From an uncultured Alphaproteobacteria bacterium (lineage in GTDB: Bacteria; Pseudomonadota; Alphaproteobacteria; RF32; CAG-239): a stretch of DNA of 64,000 bases. How positions within the stretch are numbered: position 1 is the first letter of the stretch; every line of letters begins with the position of its first letter. The notes under the pieces were generated by a model. That model searched no databases. It saw only the letters and a program-made list of their open reading frames with translations, and was not told the origin of the DNA. Where the stretch lies: contig CALXTI010000002.1 of the NCBI GenBank assembly GCA_944391395.1, forward strand, positions 108,163 to 172,162. Direction: 5' to 3'. Shown here piece after piece: positions 48,965 through 57,569 of this stretch. The translations under genes were made by a program, and so were the position numbers.

Positions 48965-49129
48965 TTATTCCGGCAAGGTGTCAAAATCCGGCGGAAGGTC
49001 AAGAGGCGCCCGGGTTTCGACCTTGGTTTCGTCCGGTGTGCTGCGGTTCAACCCCAAATCTTTTTTGGTTAATCCGCAAGCACACAAAAGGCCGGATAAC
49101 ACCAGCGCAAAACATAAAGTCTTTTTCAT
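48965..49129 (-). CDS. DUF3035/BamF-like mini-lipoprotein (54 aa; below the ORF-track length cutoff)
   Basis: rc translation MKKTLCFALVLSGLLCACGLTKKDLGLNRSTPDETKVETRAPLDLPPDFDTLPE. It has a lipobox-like LCAC and the R..PDE..V..RAPL..PPDF..LP motif typical of DUF3035. Its ATG overlaps the lspA stop (ATGA). Confidence 0.6.
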   Translation of the reverse strand: MKKTLCFALVLSGLLCACGLTKKDLGLNRSTPDETKVETRAPLDLPPDFDTLPE

Positions 49130-49614
49130 TTTACAATCTCCTTCAGTGATGATTTTTTATGATTGACGAGGCTGTGAACAATAATCAGAAACGCTCCGAT
49201 GCAGATGAAGCTGTCTGCGGCGTTGAAAGCCGGCCAATGCCATCCGCGGTAGTGGAAATCCAAAAAGTCATATACGGCGCCGAAACGCAAACGATCCACG
49301 ACATTGCCGAGCGCTCCGCCGATAATCAACCCCAATGCCGCTTGCACCAGGGGAGAAGTTTCATGCCGAAGCCAGGAAAGCAAAAAAACGACAACGAGCA
49401 AAGCAAATATTGATAACGCAACCGCTCCCCACACGCCGCCATCATCAAAAAGCGAAAAACTGACGCCGGTGTTCCAAGCTTCCACCAAGTTAAAAAACGA
49501 GGTTATCGCTTTGGGAGATTCCTCATTAACAAAAAAAACGGCTGTTTGCCATTTGCTGAACTGATCAACGACAAATGCCAAGAATGCCATGCTCAAGCCT
49601 ATAATCACCATCAA
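49126..49614 (-). CDS. lspA: Lipoprotein signal peptidase (SPase II)
   Basis: 162 aa, 4 TM; FNLVEAWNTGVSFS, GGALGNVVDRLRFGAVYDFLDF, FNAADSFI. Confidence 0.9.
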   Translation of the reverse strand: MMVIIGLSMAFLAFVVDQFSKWQTAVFFVNEESPKAITSFFNLVEAWNTGVSFSLFDDGGVWGAVALSIFALLVVVFLLSWLRHETSPLVQAALGLIIGGALGNVVDRLRFGAVYDFLDFHYRGWHWPAFNAADSFICIGAFLIIVHSLVNHKKSSLKEIVK

Positions 49615-49801
49615 CTCCTTAAAATAAATCTTTTCCTATTATAGAAATTTTATTTTTCAATAAAAGCTCCTTTTTGACATATATACAGAAAAAATTACGC
49701 GACAACTGTCTACAACAACAAGCAGATACTTGACTTTCAAACAAATATATTTCATATTTAAGCGAAATGTTTATAATATCAAATCAAAGAAAGTCAATTC
49801 C

Positions 49802-50587
49802 ATGGAAGAACTTACTTTATCAATGTTTTTAATTGTCTGTCCGTTTGCGTTTTTGGCCGGTGTTGTTGATTCAATCGGCGGTGGCGGCGGACTGATTTCG
49901 TTGCCGGCGTACATGATTGCCGGTCTGCCGGCGCATTCCGCCGTGTTTACAAACAAACTTTCCGCTACCTGCGGCATTATTGTTGCGACCATTCGTTACT
50001 GCAAACACAAATGCATTGACTATAACCTTGCCGTTATCGGCGTTATTACCGCGATTATCGGTGGTATTCTCGGGGCAAATTTTGCGTTGATGGTTGATGA
50101 AGTGATTTTTAAGATTTTGCTGCTTATCCTGTTGCCGTTGGTTGCCATGTATGTGTTGCTCAAAAAAGATTTGGAGCCTAAAACCGTTAAACCGATTTCG
50201 CGCAAACGGCAATATGTGATTGTTTCCATATCGACGTTGTTTCTTGCCATGTACGCCGGTTTTTACGGTCCGGCTTCCGGAACTTTCTTGATTTTGGTTT
50301 ATTCCGGGATTGCTAAAATCGGGCTTTTGCAATCGGAAGGAAACGCTAAAATTGTCAATATGACGGCAGATATTTCTTCTTTGATGATCTTTTTATATAA
50401 CGGCGTGGTTTTGATTCCGCTCGGACTTACCGTCGCCATTTTCAGCATCGCCGGAAACTATGTCGGTGCCGGGTTGGCCATTAAGAACGGCAACAAAATC
50501 ATAAGAATCGTCATTTTGACCGTATTAGCCCTGCTCTTTTTCAAAATCATTTATGATGCGGGCGGACGTTTCCTTAACTGGTTATAA
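49802..50587 (+). CDS. TSUP (TauE/SafE, DUF81) family anion exporter
   Basis: ATG at 49802 (MEELTLSMF); AGVVDSIGGGGGLISLPAYMIAGLP, ~8 TM. Confidence 0.85.
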   Translation: MEELTLSMFLIVCPFAFLAGVVDSIGGGGGLISLPAYMIAGLPAHSAVFTNKLSATCGIIVATIRYCKHKCIDYNLAVIGVITAIIGGILGANFALMVDEVIFKILLLILLPLVAMYVLLKKDLEPKTVKPISRKRQYVIVSISTLFLAMYAGFYGPASGTFLILVYSGIAKIGLLQSEGNAKIVNMTADISSLMIFLYNGVVLIPLGLTVAIFSIAGNYVGAGLAIKNGNKIIRIVILTVLALLFFKIIYDAGGRFLNWL

Positions 50588-50602
50588 GTGTTCTTCCGGT
50601 AT

Positions 50603-50630
50603 AAAAAAACTGCCTTACGGCAGTTTTTTT
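50603..50630. terminator. Bidirectional terminator
   Basis: aaaaaaactgcc-ttac-ggcagttttttt. Confidence 0.85.
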
Positions 50631-50634
50631 ATAC

Positions 50635-51588
50635 CTAAAACATTCCTTTTTTGCGGAAATAGATAATCGTCAAAATGGTTGCCAAAGCGGATATGGCCAT
50701 TACAATCAGAAAACCGTACGGATTTCCCGCTCCGGGAACAGGAACGTTCATTCCCCAGAAACTGGCCAACATGGTCGGGATAGAAAGAATAATCGTAATC
50801 GCTGCCAAAAACTTCATGACCAGGTTTACGTTATTGTTGATAATGGAGGCAAATCCGTCCATCATGCCTTCCAAAATGGAACGGTGCATATCCACCATTT
50901 CAATGGCTTGCTTGTTGTCAACAATCACATCTTCAAGCAAGTCGATATCGTCATCGGTAAATTTTACCACCTTTGCCATTGCCGGAGAATTAATCATGCG
51001 TAAGATTTTTAAGAGCACCAGATGATTGTCTTTTAAAGCGGTTGTAAAGTAAACCAGTGCTTTTTGAATTTCTATCAATTTAAACAATGCTTTGTTTTTG
51101 GTTGTTTTACGCAGTGAATATTCAATCTCTTCGGTCTTTTGATTGATAATCGAAAGGTATTTTAAATAAAACTGTGTGCATTTGGAAAGAATGTTAAGCA
51201 AAAAACGTCCGCGTTCGCGCGTGTCAAACGTTTTGGCGGTGTTTTTGTTGAAAGCGCCTATAATCCGGTTTTCGCGTGAGCAAATTGTCATGAAATTGTG
51301 TTTGGTGAAGAACAATCCGCACGGTAAAGTGTCAAACTTGCCGTCGTCGTCCATCCACGGCAGGTTGACAATCAAGGACAAGACGCCGTCTTCAAACTCC
51401 ACTCTGGAGCGTTCATCCAAATCAAGGGCGTTTTTGAGCATGTCAAAATCAAGTTTCAACTGTTCGGAAACTTTTTCCATTTCTTCAACGCTCGGATTTA
51501 TCATATTGTACCAAGAAAGAGGTGTGACGCGGTTTTTTTTGAGTTTAACAAGTTTGCCGCCGTCTTCGGATTTATAGATTCTTAACAT
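50635..51588 (-). CDS. corA: CorA-family magnesium/cobalt transporter
   Basis: 317 aa; two C-terminal TM helices with the signature FWGMNVP. Confidence 0.9.
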   Translation of the reverse strand: MLRIYKSEDGGKLVKLKKNRVTPLSWYNMINPSVEEMEKVSEQLKLDFDMLKNALDLDERSRVEFEDGVLSLIVNLPWMDDDGKFDTLPCGLFFTKHNFMTICSRENRIIGAFNKNTAKTFDTRERGRFLLNILSKCTQFYLKYLSIINQKTEEIEYSLRKTTKNKALFKLIEIQKALVYFTTALKDNHLVLLKILRMINSPAMAKVVKFTDDDIDLLEDVIVDNKQAIEMVDMHRSILEGMMDGFASIINNNVNLVMKFLAAITIILSIPTMLASFWGMNVPVPGAGNPYGFLIVMAISALATILTIIYFRKKGMF

Positions 51589-51657
51589 GCCGAATCCTCC
51601 CTTGTCTTAAAAACGTTAACCAGACTTGATATTATTATTTTCTAAGAAAGATTTATT

Positions 51658-51743
51658 TGGTGCGGCCGAAAGGACTTGAACCTTCACGAACTTAGTTCAT
51701 AACGACCTCAACGTTACGCGTCTACCAATTCCGCCACGGCCGC
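51658..51743 (-). tRNA. tRNA-Leu (anticodon GAG)
   Basis: rc reads GCGGCCGTGGCGGAATTGGTAGACGCGTAACGTTGAGGTCGTTATGAACTAAGTTCGTGAAGGTTCAAGTCCTTTCGGCCGCACCA. Long variable arm, anticodon loop TTGAGGT. Confidence 0.93.
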
Positions 51744-51918
51744 ACTTTTTTATAAAAGACATGCAACAGATATTCCAGAAATTAAAAATAATCAAGAGTT
51801 TTTTTCATCGTATTGTAAAAATATTGCAGCAATCGCTTTTGTTTTTTTTAAAAGATGTTCGTTTTAAGGCGCTTGATAAACGGTTGATGAGAATTTATCC
51901 CCAAAAGACTCTTTAAAA

Positions 51919-51946
51919 TTGCAAAAAAAAAAAAACGGTTTATAAT
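51919..51946 (+). promoter_or_regulatory. Sigma70-like promoter whose spacer is largely a 13-nt poly(A) tract
   Basis: TTGCAA (51919-51924), 16-nt spacer, TATAAT (51941-51946). A13 spans 51923-51935. Located 40 nt upstream of the pilin-like ATG. Confidence 0.5.
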
Positions 51947-51986
51947 TCCGTAGAAATTGATGTTTTTGTTGAGTTCGGAGGGATTT

Positions 51987-52622
51987 ATGCAAGAAAAAGG
52001 TCGTTCCATGGTGGAGATGTTGGGTGTTTTAGCTATCATCGGCGTTTTATCAGTCGGTGCCATGAACGGTTATTCCAAGGCCATATTTAAATATAAACTC
52101 AACAAGCAGGCGGAACAAATGAATACGGTAATTAATGCCGTAGCAAAATATGCTCATAGTTTTTCTACTGATTTTCGTAATCAAAACTTAACGTCCTATT
52201 TCATCAAATTAGATGAAATTCCTACAGAAATGATTCGGATGAATGTATCTGCAGAGATTTATGACACATTCGAAATCAAGTGGTCCATCTATAGTTTACA
52301 AGACGGTAATAGCGTAGAACAAACTATAAATCTTGCTTTTGCAGATGCATCATCATTAACAAAAAACACTTCCCAAAGTTTGGAAATCTGCCGTAATCTG
52401 ATTGTTACTGCTAAAGAAAACAGCGGTAATATTTCCTATATATCCACTCTAAGCGGGTATCAAACCGATGAAGAACAACTCGGTATATTATATGGTGATT
52501 CTTCCTGCAGAACCGGACGAGCCTGCTTAAAAAATGTGACACTTGACCAAATTTATGACATTTGTACCAAACATATCGGTACCCAAAGTGCTGAATTTAA
52601 GATTGCGTGGCGTGTGAAATAA
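51987..52622 (+). CDS. Type IV pilin/pseudopilin-like protein (prepilin N-terminal motif)
   Basis: GGAGGG-N4-ATG at 51987; MQEKGRSMVEMLGVLAIIGVLSVGAMNGY matches the class III leader + conserved Glu5 + hydrophobic helix. The C-terminal domain is AT-rich and unassigned. Confidence 0.7.
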   Translation: MQEKGRSMVEMLGVLAIIGVLSVGAMNGYSKAIFKYKLNKQAEQMNTVINAVAKYAHSFSTDFRNQNLTSYFIKLDEIPTEMIRMNVSAEIYDTFEIKWSIYSLQDGNSVEQTINLAFADASSLTKNTSQSLEICRNLIVTAKENSGNISYISTLSGYQTDEEQLGILYGDSSCRTGRACLKNVTLDQIYDICTKHIGTQSAEFKIAWRVK

Positions 52623-52623
52623 A

Positions 52624-52648
52624 CCCCGTATCTTAACTCAATACGGGG
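52624..52648. terminator. Hairpin terminator between convergent genes
   Basis: ccccgtat-cttaactca-atacgggg; weak T tract. Confidence 0.5.
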
Positions 52649-52678
52649 CTTGGTTCTTTATTTATCGCTTTAATACGG

Positions 52679-53089
52679 TTACTTTACGGCTTGTTGTGCC
52701 TGAAACTCTTTGACCAATAAGTCAAAGTCTTTGGCATATTCGGGCGCCCAACCCATCAGGTGTTTGTCGCCCAACACAAACAACGGTGTGCCGACTCGGT
52801 TGCCCAAGTTTAAACGGCGGGCGCTTGAAACTAGCAAATCATACCCTTCCGGTGTGCCGACATCCACCATGGTTAATTCAAGATCAGGATATGTTTCTTT
52901 AATGTATTTTGAAGCATCGTGGCAATGAATGCAGCTTTCGGCATAGAAAAAATAAAACTTTTCCGGCTCGCGGCGGGTATCGCTTGCATTTTGTGCGGCA
53001 ACCACGGTTTTATCGGCATTATCGGCCGGTTTGTCGCAGCCGGTCAGCAGTAGCAAAACGGCAAAACATGCATAAAAGATATTTTTCAT
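52679..53089 (-). CDS. Thioredoxin/glutaredoxin-fold lipoprotein (CxxC)
   Basis: 136 aa; lipobox LLLTGC; FYFFYAESCIHCHDASKYI (CIHC active-site-like) and GTPLFVLG. Confidence 0.65.
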   Translation of the reverse strand: MKNIFYACFAVLLLLTGCDKPADNADKTVVAAQNASDTRREPEKFYFFYAESCIHCHDASKYIKETYPDLELTMVDVGTPEGYDLLVSSARRLNLGNRVGTPLFVLGDKHLMGWAPEYAKDFDLLVKEFQAQQAVK

Positions 53090-53100
53090 GGCTGGTTTTC

Positions 53101-53724
53101 CTATTCAATGCAACAATCAACGGCTTTTCGGACAAAGGCTTTCATTTTAGCCAGCGCGCCTTGCGGTTGTTCTTCTTTTTTAACGGCGGCCAAAACGGTT
53201 TCCGCCTCTTTGGCTTTAACCGGCTCCGCCGAAGTTGCGCCTAACGCTTCTTCGGTTTTTTGGGTGATTTTTTTGACATCTTCCAAGCTGTCTGCCACCC
53301 ATTTGGCGTTATCCACCTGCAACATATTCATGTTCAAGCCCCAGAACAGGCAATACATATCATAAGCTTTGTCAAACAAGGCATAAGCCTCTTCTTTGTT
53401 ACCCAAACTTTGTTGTTTGGTGCCGACCTCCATTAAACGCATACAAGTAGCTAAAAGATGTTTGGAAATGCACCAGACTTCGCCTTCATAAGCAGGAATG
53501 ATTTTTTGCATCAATTTTTTGCGGGTGTCGCGAACTTCTTCAATTAAATCATAAAACGAGGTTTTGCCGGTTTTGGCGCCGGAAAACACCAGATGTTCTT
53601 CAATGGAAATCAAGTTCATAATACCAATGGTTAAATCTTGGTCTGATGATAAATCTTTCGGATTGACCTTTTTGCGGCTGTCCATGCGTTCAACAAATTC
53701 TTTGACATTTTTGGCTTTTTCCAT
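53101..53724 (-). CDS. Hypothetical cytoplasmic protein
   Basis: 207 aa; conserved-looking LISIEEHLVFSGAKTGK...GEVWCISKHLL block; ends in DCCIE. No family recognised. Confidence 0.5.
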   Translation of the reverse strand: MEKAKNVKEFVERMDSRKKVNPKDLSSDQDLTIGIMNLISIEEHLVFSGAKTGKTSFYDLIEEVRDTRKKLMQKIIPAYEGEVWCISKHLLATCMRLMEVGTKQQSLGNKEEAYALFDKAYDMYCLFWGLNMNMLQVDNAKWVADSLEDVKKITQKTEEALGATSAEPVKAKEAETVLAAVKKEEQPQGALAKMKAFVRKAVDCCIE

Positions 53725-53892
53725 TTTTTGCTCCTTATAGATAAATATAACTTAAACTATACGTATAATATATGTCATATATCGTAATTGTCAACTATTA
53801 TTTCTTCTTTTTTGAAAATAATATAAAAAATAGTTATTTACAATTAAAAAAGTGAGGTATATGTTGCAACCGATTTCAAAACGAGGAAAAAA

Positions 53893-55308
53893 ATGATTCA
53901 GAACATGACAGTCGGCTCGCCGGCCAAACTAATTCTTGCTTTTGGGATTCCGGTTTTAATCGGGAATCTGTTTCAACAGCTTTATAATATTTCCGATATT
54001 CTTATCGTCGGGCGCTTAATCGGCGTCAACGCTTTGGCGGCAGTGGGTGCGACTGCGCCGATTTTTTTCGTGTTTTTGCTAATAGCCTTCGGTTTTACCG
54101 GCGGATTGACGGTGGTAACCGCGCAGCGTTTCGGCGCCGGTGATTATAACGGCGTGCGAAAATCCATTACCCACTGTGTGATTGCCAGTGTGGTTTTGTG
54201 CGTGTTGATTACCGTCGGGCTGATTTGTTCGTTGCGGCCGCTTTTAAGGCTAATGAACGTGCCGGCGGAAATTATGACGGACGCGTATAACTTTATGGCG
54301 GTACTGACCGGCGGTTTGGTTTTGATTGTCTTTTACAATTTGCTCGCCGGTTTTATCCGCGCCTTGGGCGACAGCCGCACACCTTTGTATTTTTTGATTT
54401 TTTCCACCATCTTAAACATCTTGTTTAATTTTGTGTTGATTTATTGGTTTGGTTTCGGGGTGGTCGGCTCGGCCATCGGAACCGTGGCGTCCATTTCAAT
54501 CGCCGTGGTTTTGTGTCTGTTGTTTATGTATAAGAATTATCCGATTTTGCATTTGAAGCGCGAAGACTGGATTTATGACAGGCAGTTTATGAAAACACAC
54601 CTTCATATTGCAATCCCGATGGCGCTGCAATTTTCGGTTTTGTCGTTGAGCATGATGGTTTTGCAAAGCGTGTGCAATTCTTTCGGCGCGGATGTTATTG
54701 CCGCTTTTACCGCCGCTTTGCGGATTGAACAGCTCGCCACGCAGCCCCTGCTCGCTTTGGGCATTGCCATGGCAACCTATTCGGCGCAAAATTGGGGCGC
54801 CGGAAAAATCAAGCGCATTCGCAGCGGCGTGGTCATTGCCGGTTTGACATCGCTTGTTATCAGTATTTTGATGTCTTTGGCGGTTCGTTATGTCGGTGAA
54901 GACATGATTTCCGTTTTCTTAAAAGAGGACAATCCGTTTATTATTGCCACCGGAAAAATGTATTTGAGCATCAGCACGTTGTTTTACTTCTTCCTGGGCA
55001 TGATTTTTATTTTCCGCAATACTTTGCAAGGCATGGGAAAAGCTTTGATTCCGTTGATTGCCTGTGTTATTGAGCTTGGCGCTCGTTCGTTTTCGGCGAT
55101 TTATCTGGCTCATGCCATCGGTTATAAAGGGATTTTTTATGCAAGTCCGATTGCCTGGCTCGGCGCCGGTGTGGTGGTAATGATTGGCTATATTTTCACC
55201 ATCCGCGGCTTAAAAGCCAAAAAATCAGACACTTATTTTAAGGACAATAATCACAAAATCCGCATTGCTTCGACAATCAACAGTGTTAATCAGTCGCCTG
55301 CGGAATAG
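53893..55308 (+). CDS. MATE-family multidrug/oligosaccharidyl-lipid efflux transporter
   Basis: 471 aa, 12 TM; GSPAKLILAFGIPVLIGNLFQQLYNISDILIVGRLIG. Confidence 0.9.
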   Translation: MIQNMTVGSPAKLILAFGIPVLIGNLFQQLYNISDILIVGRLIGVNALAAVGATAPIFFVFLLIAFGFTGGLTVVTAQRFGAGDYNGVRKSITHCVIASVVLCVLITVGLICSLRPLLRLMNVPAEIMTDAYNFMAVLTGGLVLIVFYNLLAGFIRALGDSRTPLYFLIFSTILNILFNFVLIYWFGFGVVGSAIGTVASISIAVVLCLLFMYKNYPILHLKREDWIYDRQFMKTHLHIAIPMALQFSVLSLSMMVLQSVCNSFGADVIAAFTAALRIEQLATQPLLALGIAMATYSAQNWGAGKIKRIRSGVVIAGLTSLVISILMSLAVRYVGEDMISVFLKEDNPFIIATGKMYLSISTLFYFFLGMIFIFRNTLQGMGKALIPLIACVIELGARSFSAIYLAHAIGYKGIFYASPIAWLGAGVVVMIGYIFTIRGLKAKKSDTYFKDNNHKIRIASTINSVNQSPAE

Positions 55309-55577
55309 ATATTTTTCACATTAAAATAAACAACTGAAAAATGACCGTCTTTGCCTAAATGTTAAGCATAGACGGTCGTTTAAATATACATTTTTAGATT
55401 TTGACCGAAAAAACAAAAAACGGATTGTGCTTTGTTAAATAATATATTGAATTATATAGTTTTTTTGATTTAATGCACGGCTTGTAAATATTGCTTGCAA
55501 ATACATTTTAATTGGGTATATTTGATTAACAAAAGTTTATAAAAAACGACCGTTTAAGAAAAACATGGGTTAATCAT

Positions 55578-56144
55578 ATGATTGTTGGCTATACGCAAAC
55601 AAAAACAACTGAAAATATTTATCGCCGACAGATTCACGAATCGCTGAAGCTTTCGGCAGATTGCGTTTATGTCCAAAAGTCTTTGAACCGGATAAAAAAC
55701 ATCGAATGGCAGCCGCAAGATATTTTGATCGTGAGCGACATATCCTGCCTGGGAAAAAATTTGAACGAAGTGCGGGCAAATCTGGAATTTTTCTTTGAAC
55801 GTCAGGTCAGAATTTTATCGTTGGCCGAAAAATACGAGTTTTTGGCCGGCGAAACCGGTCGCTATTTATTGAAAATAATGGATATGGTTATCAATATCCG
55901 TAAAAATCTCGCATCCAAAAGCACAGTCGCTGCATTGAAGAAGAAAAAAGAAGAAGGTTTCAAGTTGGGACGTGCCAAAGGCATAAAGCTTAAAAAACTG
56001 TTGGATGGTAAAGAATCTGTTATCTGCAAAATGCTTGCCGACGGTATTGCCAAAACTAAAATCGCGCAAGAGTTAGGGGTCAGTCGCGTGACGCTTTATC
56101 ATTTTATTGAAGAGCGCTCTTTAACAAATACAAACGGAGCATGA
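55578..56144 (+). CDS. Serine-recombinase (resolvase/invertase)-like protein lacking the catalytic serine; C-terminal HTH retained
   Basis: 188 aa, colinear with Hin/Gin. N-terminus VGYTQTKTTEN where the family has GY.RVS..DQ; ISCLGK where the family has LDRLGR. The E-helix (GRYLLKIMDMVINIRKNL) and HTH (IAKTKIAQELGVSRVTLYHFI) are preserved. The stop overlaps the rmlA ATG. Confidence 0.7.
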   Translation: MIVGYTQTKTTENIYRRQIHESLKLSADCVYVQKSLNRIKNIEWQPQDILIVSDISCLGKNLNEVRANLEFFFERQVRILSLAEKYEFLAGETGRYLLKIMDMVINIRKNLASKSTVAALKKKKEEGFKLGRAKGIKLKKLLDGKESVICKMLADGIAKTKIAQELGVSRVTLYHFIEERSLTNTNGA

Positions 56145-57034
56145 AGATGAAAGGAATAATCTTGGCCGGAGGCAGCGGAACCCGCCTCTACCCTTTAACA
56201 AAAACAACCTCAAAACAACTGCTGCCGGTATACGACAAGCCGATGATTTATTATCCTTTGTCAACCTTAATGTTATTTGGTATTAAAGATATTTTGATTA
56301 TTTCGACGCCTAAAGATATTCCCAACATTCAAACACTTTTCGGCGACGGGCATTTTATCGGGCTCAATATTCATTATGCCATCCAAAACGAACCCAAAGG
56401 TATTGCACAGGCCTTTACCATAGGCGCTGATTTTATCGACGGCGATGATGTTTGCCTGATATTGGGCGATAATATTTTTTATATGGGTAACCAAATTCAT
56501 CATTTCCGTAAAGAAATTGAGGAAAACAAAGGTAAAAACGCCACGATTTTTGCTTATCACGTTTCAGATCCCGAGCGTTTCGGCGTGGTGGAGTTTGATA
56601 AAGATTTCCGGGTGCTTTCGATTGAAGAAAAACCTAAACAGCCAAAATCAAATTATGCTTCGGTCGGGCTTTATTTTTATCCCGGCGATGTGGCGGACAA
56701 ATCCCGTGCTTTGAAGCCTTCGGCCCGCGGCGAACTGGAAATTACGGACTTAAACAATGTCTATTTAAGCGAAGGGCGCTTAAACGTGGTGCCGATGCAC
56801 CGCGGCAATGCCTGGCTGGACGCCGGCACGCCCGACAGCTTGATGGATGCCGGAACTTATGTGCAGCTGATTGAAAAGCGTCAGGGCTTAAAAATCGCCT
56901 GTATTGAAGAAATCGCCTATCGTCGCGGTTTTATTGATGACGCGGGAATGAAAAGTCTGATTGACGGGCTTAAAGACGGAAATTACAAAACTTATCTTCA
57001 AAAAGTTTATGAGGAGTATCATGAATTTCATTAA
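56141..57034 (+). CDS. rmlA: Glucose-1-phosphate thymidylyltransferase
   Basis: GIILAGGSGTRLYPLT...SKQLLPVYDKPMIYYPLS... Confidence 0.95.
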   Translation: MKMKGIILAGGSGTRLYPLTKTTSKQLLPVYDKPMIYYPLSTLMLFGIKDILIISTPKDIPNIQTLFGDGHFIGLNIHYAIQNEPKGIAQAFTIGADFIDGDDVCLILGDNIFYMGNQIHHFRKEIEENKGKNATIFAYHVSDPERFGVVEFDKDFRVLSIEEKPKQPKSNYASVGLYFYPGDVADKSRALKPSARGELEITDLNNVYLSEGRLNVVPMHRGNAWLDAGTPDSLMDAGTYVQLIEKRQGLKIACIEEIAYRRGFIDDAGMKSLIDGLKDGNYKTYLQKVYEEYHEFH

Positions 57035-57569
57035 AACGGAAATTGACGGGGTCGTTATTGTCGAACCGCGTGTTTTTACGGACGCACGCGGCTACTTTTT
57101 TGAAAGTTATAATGAGGCGGAGTTTGTCAAAAACGGCATAGACTGCCGCTTTGTGCAAGATAATCAGTCAAAATCGTGCTTCGGGGTTATCCGCGGTTTG
57201 CATTGTCAGCTCGGCGAACATTCGCAAGCCAAACTGGTGCGCGTTTTGGCAGGAAAAGTCTTGGATGTGGCGGTGGATATCCGCCGCGGCTCGCCGACTT
57301 TCGGCAAGCATGTCGCCGTTGAGCTTTCGGCTGAAAATCAGCGCCAGTTGTTTATTCCGCGGCATTTTTTGCACGGCTTTGCGGTTTTGAGCGAAACGGC
57401 GGTTTTTGCTTATAAAGTGGACAATTTTTATTGCAAAGAAGCCGAGTTCGGCATTCGTTACGATGACCCGGAAATCGGCATAGACTGGAAAATTCCGGCT
57501 GACAAGGTCATTACTTCCGATAAAGACAGAATTGCGAAAGGATTAAAAGATGTTCCTGATAACGGGTAG
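57021..57569 (+). CDS. rmlC: dTDP-4-dehydrorhamnose 3,5-epimerase
   Basis: GAGGAG-N4-ATG at 57021; DARGYFFESY, RGLHCQ, KLVRVLAGKVLDVAVDIRRGSPTFG, PRHFLHGF. Confidence 0.93.
   Translation: MNFIKTEIDGVVIVEPRVFTDARGYFFESYNEAEFVKNGIDCRFVQDNQSKSCFGVIRGLHCQLGEHSQAKLVRVLAGKVLDVAVDIRRGSPTFGKHVAVELSAENQRQLFIPRHFLHGFAVLSETAVFAYKVDNFYCKEAEFGIRYDDPEIGIDWKIPADKVITSDKDRIAKGLKDVPDNG

Noticed and set aside
48978-49166. 62-aa plus-strand ORF between the M16 peptidase gene and lspA
   Set aside because: It is antisense to the better-supported 54-aa lipoprotein ORF, which has a signal peptide, a lipobox and start/stop coupling to lspA.
55578-56144. Active DNA invertase or transposon resolvase (mobile element call)
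   Set aside because: The Ser nucleophile and the flanking Arg/Asp residues appear substituted. No transposase, res/hix-like 26-bp sites or terminal repeats were found. It is therefore reported as a degenerate recombinase-like protein, not a mobile element.
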